From Negativicutes bacterium (GTDB taxonomy: Bacteria > Bacillota > Negativicutes > UBA1444), in NCBI GenBank assembly GCA_963665275.2, contig CAXXIN010000003.1, positions 128,001-192,000 on the forward strand: DNA of 64,000 nucleotides, written 5' to 3'. Of the stretch, positions 61,731 through 64,000 are shown piece by piece; the stretch's first letter is position 1, and every line of letters starts with the position of its first letter. Made by a program: the position numbers and the translations under genes. Below the pieces are notes generated by a model that saw nothing but the letters and a program-made list of their open reading frames with translations, was not told where the DNA came from and did not search any database.

Positions 61731-62418
61731 CCGGCTCACCTCCAATCATTTGATATAGCTCAGCGCGCCCAATTACATCAGATTGCATTTGAAAAGTGTC
61801 AGCAAAATGATAACAAACTTGGTCTGTGACCTCAGCCACATTGCAGGGCCGGCCGACGAGGTCTTGCAATGAAGTCACCCCTTTGTCATGAATCCCACAT
61901 GGGATGATCCACGCGAAGTTCTCCAGTCGCGTGTTCACATTGAAAGCAAAACCATGCATCGAAACCCAGCGTTTGATCGCGCAGCCGACGGCTACGATCT
62001 TGGATCCACCGACCCACACGCCCCGATGCTCAGCATCTCTTGTCGCGGTTATGCCATAATCGCGCCGCAGCAACCGTATAAAGACCTCTTCTATTTTGCG
62101 GATAAAGTCATGAACATCGCGGGTTTGCTGCCGCAGGTCCATGACAGGATAACCGACAATTTGGCCCGGTCCATGATAGGTCACATCGCCGCCGCGATTG
62201 ATTTTATAAATCGGCACATCCTGCTGCTTCAAAAACTGTGGAGAAGCTACCACATGCGCTTCGTCCCCACCCCGTCCAATCGTTATCACCGGCGGATGTT
62301 CCAACAGCAGCAGCGTGTCCTCAATAGCGCCCTGCTGCCGCAACATCAGCAATTTCTGTTGAATAACCAACGATTCTTGATATTCAACGGTTTGTAACTT
62401 AGCTACTAGGAGCCGCAT
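61648..62418 (-). CDS. lipB: Octanoyltransferase
   Basis: [34 protein letters not shown]. Confidence 0.92.
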   Translation of the reverse strand: MRLLVAKLQTVEYQESLVIQQKLLMLRQQGAIEDTLLLLEHPPVITIGRGGDEAHVVASPQFLKQQDVPIYKINRGGDVTYHGPGQIVGYPVMDLRQQTRDVHDFIRKIEEVFIRLLRRDYGITATRDAEHRGVWVGGSKIVAVGCAIKRWVSMHGFAFNVNTRLENFAWIIPCGIHDKGVTSLQDLVGRPCNVAEVTDQVCYHFADTFQMQSDVIGRAELYQMIGGEPDGYSPAKLDQSKYESAERHGPGSYDYA

Positions 62419-62465
62419 TTTTTTCACCTTCCTACGGCGCATTTATCATGGGTATGTTCATCCGA

Positions 62466-62476
62466 TTGTCAGACAT
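62466..62476. promoter_or_regulatory. FadR-type operator upstream of lipB
   Basis: ttgtcagacat. Confidence 0.6.
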
Positions 62477-62525
62477 TTGATTTCAAAAAAAATATTGTTG
62501 CCAATATTTTTTCTTTATATTCCAC

Positions 62526-63236
62526 TTACTCGCCGTCTTCCACGAAGCCGCGCTTGACAATGGATTGAATTCGTTTTAAATGTTGCTTGATTGCTTTGGT
62601 CGCACCGGCCGCATCACGACTTTTAATTTTTTTCGCCAGTTCAACATGTTCCTCGCTAATTTTCTCTTTGCGTCCGGGAGTGCTCAATGTGCGGGCTCGC
62701 GTTTCTTGCAGCATTGCCATCGTCGACTCCATCAAACGGTAAAAAAATACATTGTGGCTTGCCTTAGCAATCGCCAAATGAAACAATGCATCATTTTTGG
62801 CATTGACTGCTTCGTCCAGACTGATTTCACCATTGTTCAACATCTCTACAATAGCGGTTAGTTCATCATCCGTTGCTCTGGTGATCGCAAATTCAACAAT
62901 CTTGGGTTCCAACAATTCCCGCAGCTCAATCAAATCCAACAAAAGCGTATTGCTTTGCGAAAGCTCGATCATGTTCAATTTTTCAAGCAACAAATCTGCA
63001 TGCAGGTAAACAATAGAAGTTCCACCGCCGGGCTTACTTTCGATCAGTCCCATGAACTCCAGCACTTTTAATGCTTCCCGCACCGATGCCCTACTGACGC
63101 CCATGATTTCCGCCAAAACCTTTTCGGGCGGCAAAAAGTCCCCCGGCGCCAATTCACCGGAAACAATCTTCGCTTTGAGTTGCGATATCACGACTTCATA
63201 GATCTTGGTTCCTTTAATTCGTTGGAAATTCGCCAT
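62526..63236 (-). CDS. FadR/GntR-family regulator (PdhR/LldR-like)
   Basis: PGDFLPPE..LAEIMGVSRASVREAL; DALFH..IA.ASHN. Confidence 0.9.
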   Translation of the reverse strand: MANFQRIKGTKIYEVVISQLKAKIVSGELAPGDFLPPEKVLAEIMGVSRASVREALKVLEFMGLIESKPGGGTSIVYLHADLLLEKLNMIELSQSNTLLLDLIELRELLEPKIVEFAITRATDDELTAIVEMLNNGEISLDEAVNAKNDALFHLAIAKASHNVFFYRLMESTMAMLQETRARTLSTPGRKEKISEEHVELAKKIKSRDAAGATKAIKQHLKRIQSIVKRGFVEDGE

Positions 63237-63290
63237 TCAAAATTCCTCACAATCATTCTTCGCAAATTCCGCAACACACCGCATCGCTAT

Positions 63291-63301
63291 TTGTCTGACA
63301 A
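63291..63301. promoter_or_regulatory. FadR-type operator (autoregulatory)
   Basis: ttgtctgacaa. Confidence 0.65.
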
Positions 63302-63541
63302 ACATACTATTCCACAGACAATTTTAAATTCCTGCTGAATTTAAAATTTATTTTTGCATCGCACTTAATCTGTCCCCAAAGCTTGGTTGTGCATGAGAAA
63401 CTTAGAGAAAGAATCTGACCACGCTGGTCCGTCGCAATACCACCGGCAAGCAAGCTAGCTCCGCACATTTGACATATTTAGCAGTTGGTGTTTATAATAT
63501 CACTTACCTAGTTAACTATTTTGCAAAGGAGTGTTTGAGCC

Positions 63542-63976
63542 ATGGATAAACACGAAAAACTCCTACACCAACTTTTTCAAACGGTTCGAATGATTTCCAA
63601 GGGGTTGAATACAATCTTAGAACCCTACGGTTTATATAGTTCGGAGTGGACAATCATTACGACATTAAAGGAGTCGGGTCCATTGACCCAGGGAGCTCTC
63701 TCAAATTATCTGAGCATTGAGCCTCCTGCAGTATCTCGAAGTTTAGTCAAATTAGAAAAGAAAGGATTGATTACGAGAATTTCCGGTACTGACAAAAGAG
63801 AAAAAAGAGTTTCTTTAAGCGAAGAAGCTGTATTCCAATATCCTCAATGGTTGGAAGCATCCAGGCAACATCGGCGCGCCGTTCTAGCTGACTTGTCGGA
63901 TGAAAAACAATCCGAATTGGAGCTATTGCTAAATTCAATTTACCGAAACGCTCAACAGCATGAGAAGCCCCATTAA
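63542..63976 (+). CDS. MarR-family transcriptional regulator
   Basis: LTQGAL...VSRSLVKLEKKGLI.R...DKREKRVSL. Confidence 0.88.
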   Translation: MDKHEKLLHQLFQTVRMISKGLNTILEPYGLYSSEWTIITTLKESGPLTQGALSNYLSIEPPAVSRSLVKLEKKGLITRISGTDKREKRVSLSEEAVFQYPQWLEASRQHRRAVLADLSDEKQSELELLLNSIYRNAQQHEKPH

Positions 63977-64000
63977 TGAACGAAATTATTTTAAAGATAG

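Noticed and set aside
1-64000. CRISPR array, tRNA, rRNA, prophage or defence system
   Set aside because: No regularly spaced repeats, cloverleaf or rRNA-like sequence, or cas/phage/defence motifs were recognised by eye.

Overview
This is a 64-kb chromosomal window from an anaerobic, amino-acid-fermenting Bacillota-type bacterium (possibly Negativicutes; taxonomy is inference). Most genes lie on the minus strand. From left to right it contains: the end of an IS30 element; a MORN-repeat exported protein and gldA; a ~7-kb block in which almost every gene is frameshifted (probably consensus error), including a gene interrupted by a 74-bp internal IS3 fragment; two orphan secreted proteins that look distantly related to each other; an Opp-type ABC transporter ending in a divergent alanine-dehydrogenase-family gene; a lysine fermentation cluster (kdd, kamB-like, PAS-sigma54 activator, kamDE, kal, kce, then kamA-phzF) with two clear sigma54 promoters and matching upstream enhancer boxes; an RpiR regulator; lysA under a lysine riboswitch; an AT-rich ~11-kb island encoding a self-contained amino-acid fermentation module (2 NhaC-family transporters, OCD/mu-crystallin enzyme, 4-subunit 2-oxoacid:ferredoxin oxidoreductase, D-2-hydroxyacid dehydrogenase, ADP-forming acyl-CoA ligase, GntR); a complete IS256 element with an 8-bp target duplication; a UroD-like gene plus a second Opp transporter and GntR; and a FadR-controlled lipB-lipA-E2-DUF296-E1alpha-E1beta-lpdA-MFS operon for an unknown 2-oxoacid or acyloin. 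No CRISPR array, tRNA or rRNA was seen. All calls come from reading motifs by eye; no database searches were run. The best candidates for undescribed systems are the orphan secreted pair, the island pathway, the DUF296-containing dehydrogenase operon and the sigma54 wiring of the lysine cluster.
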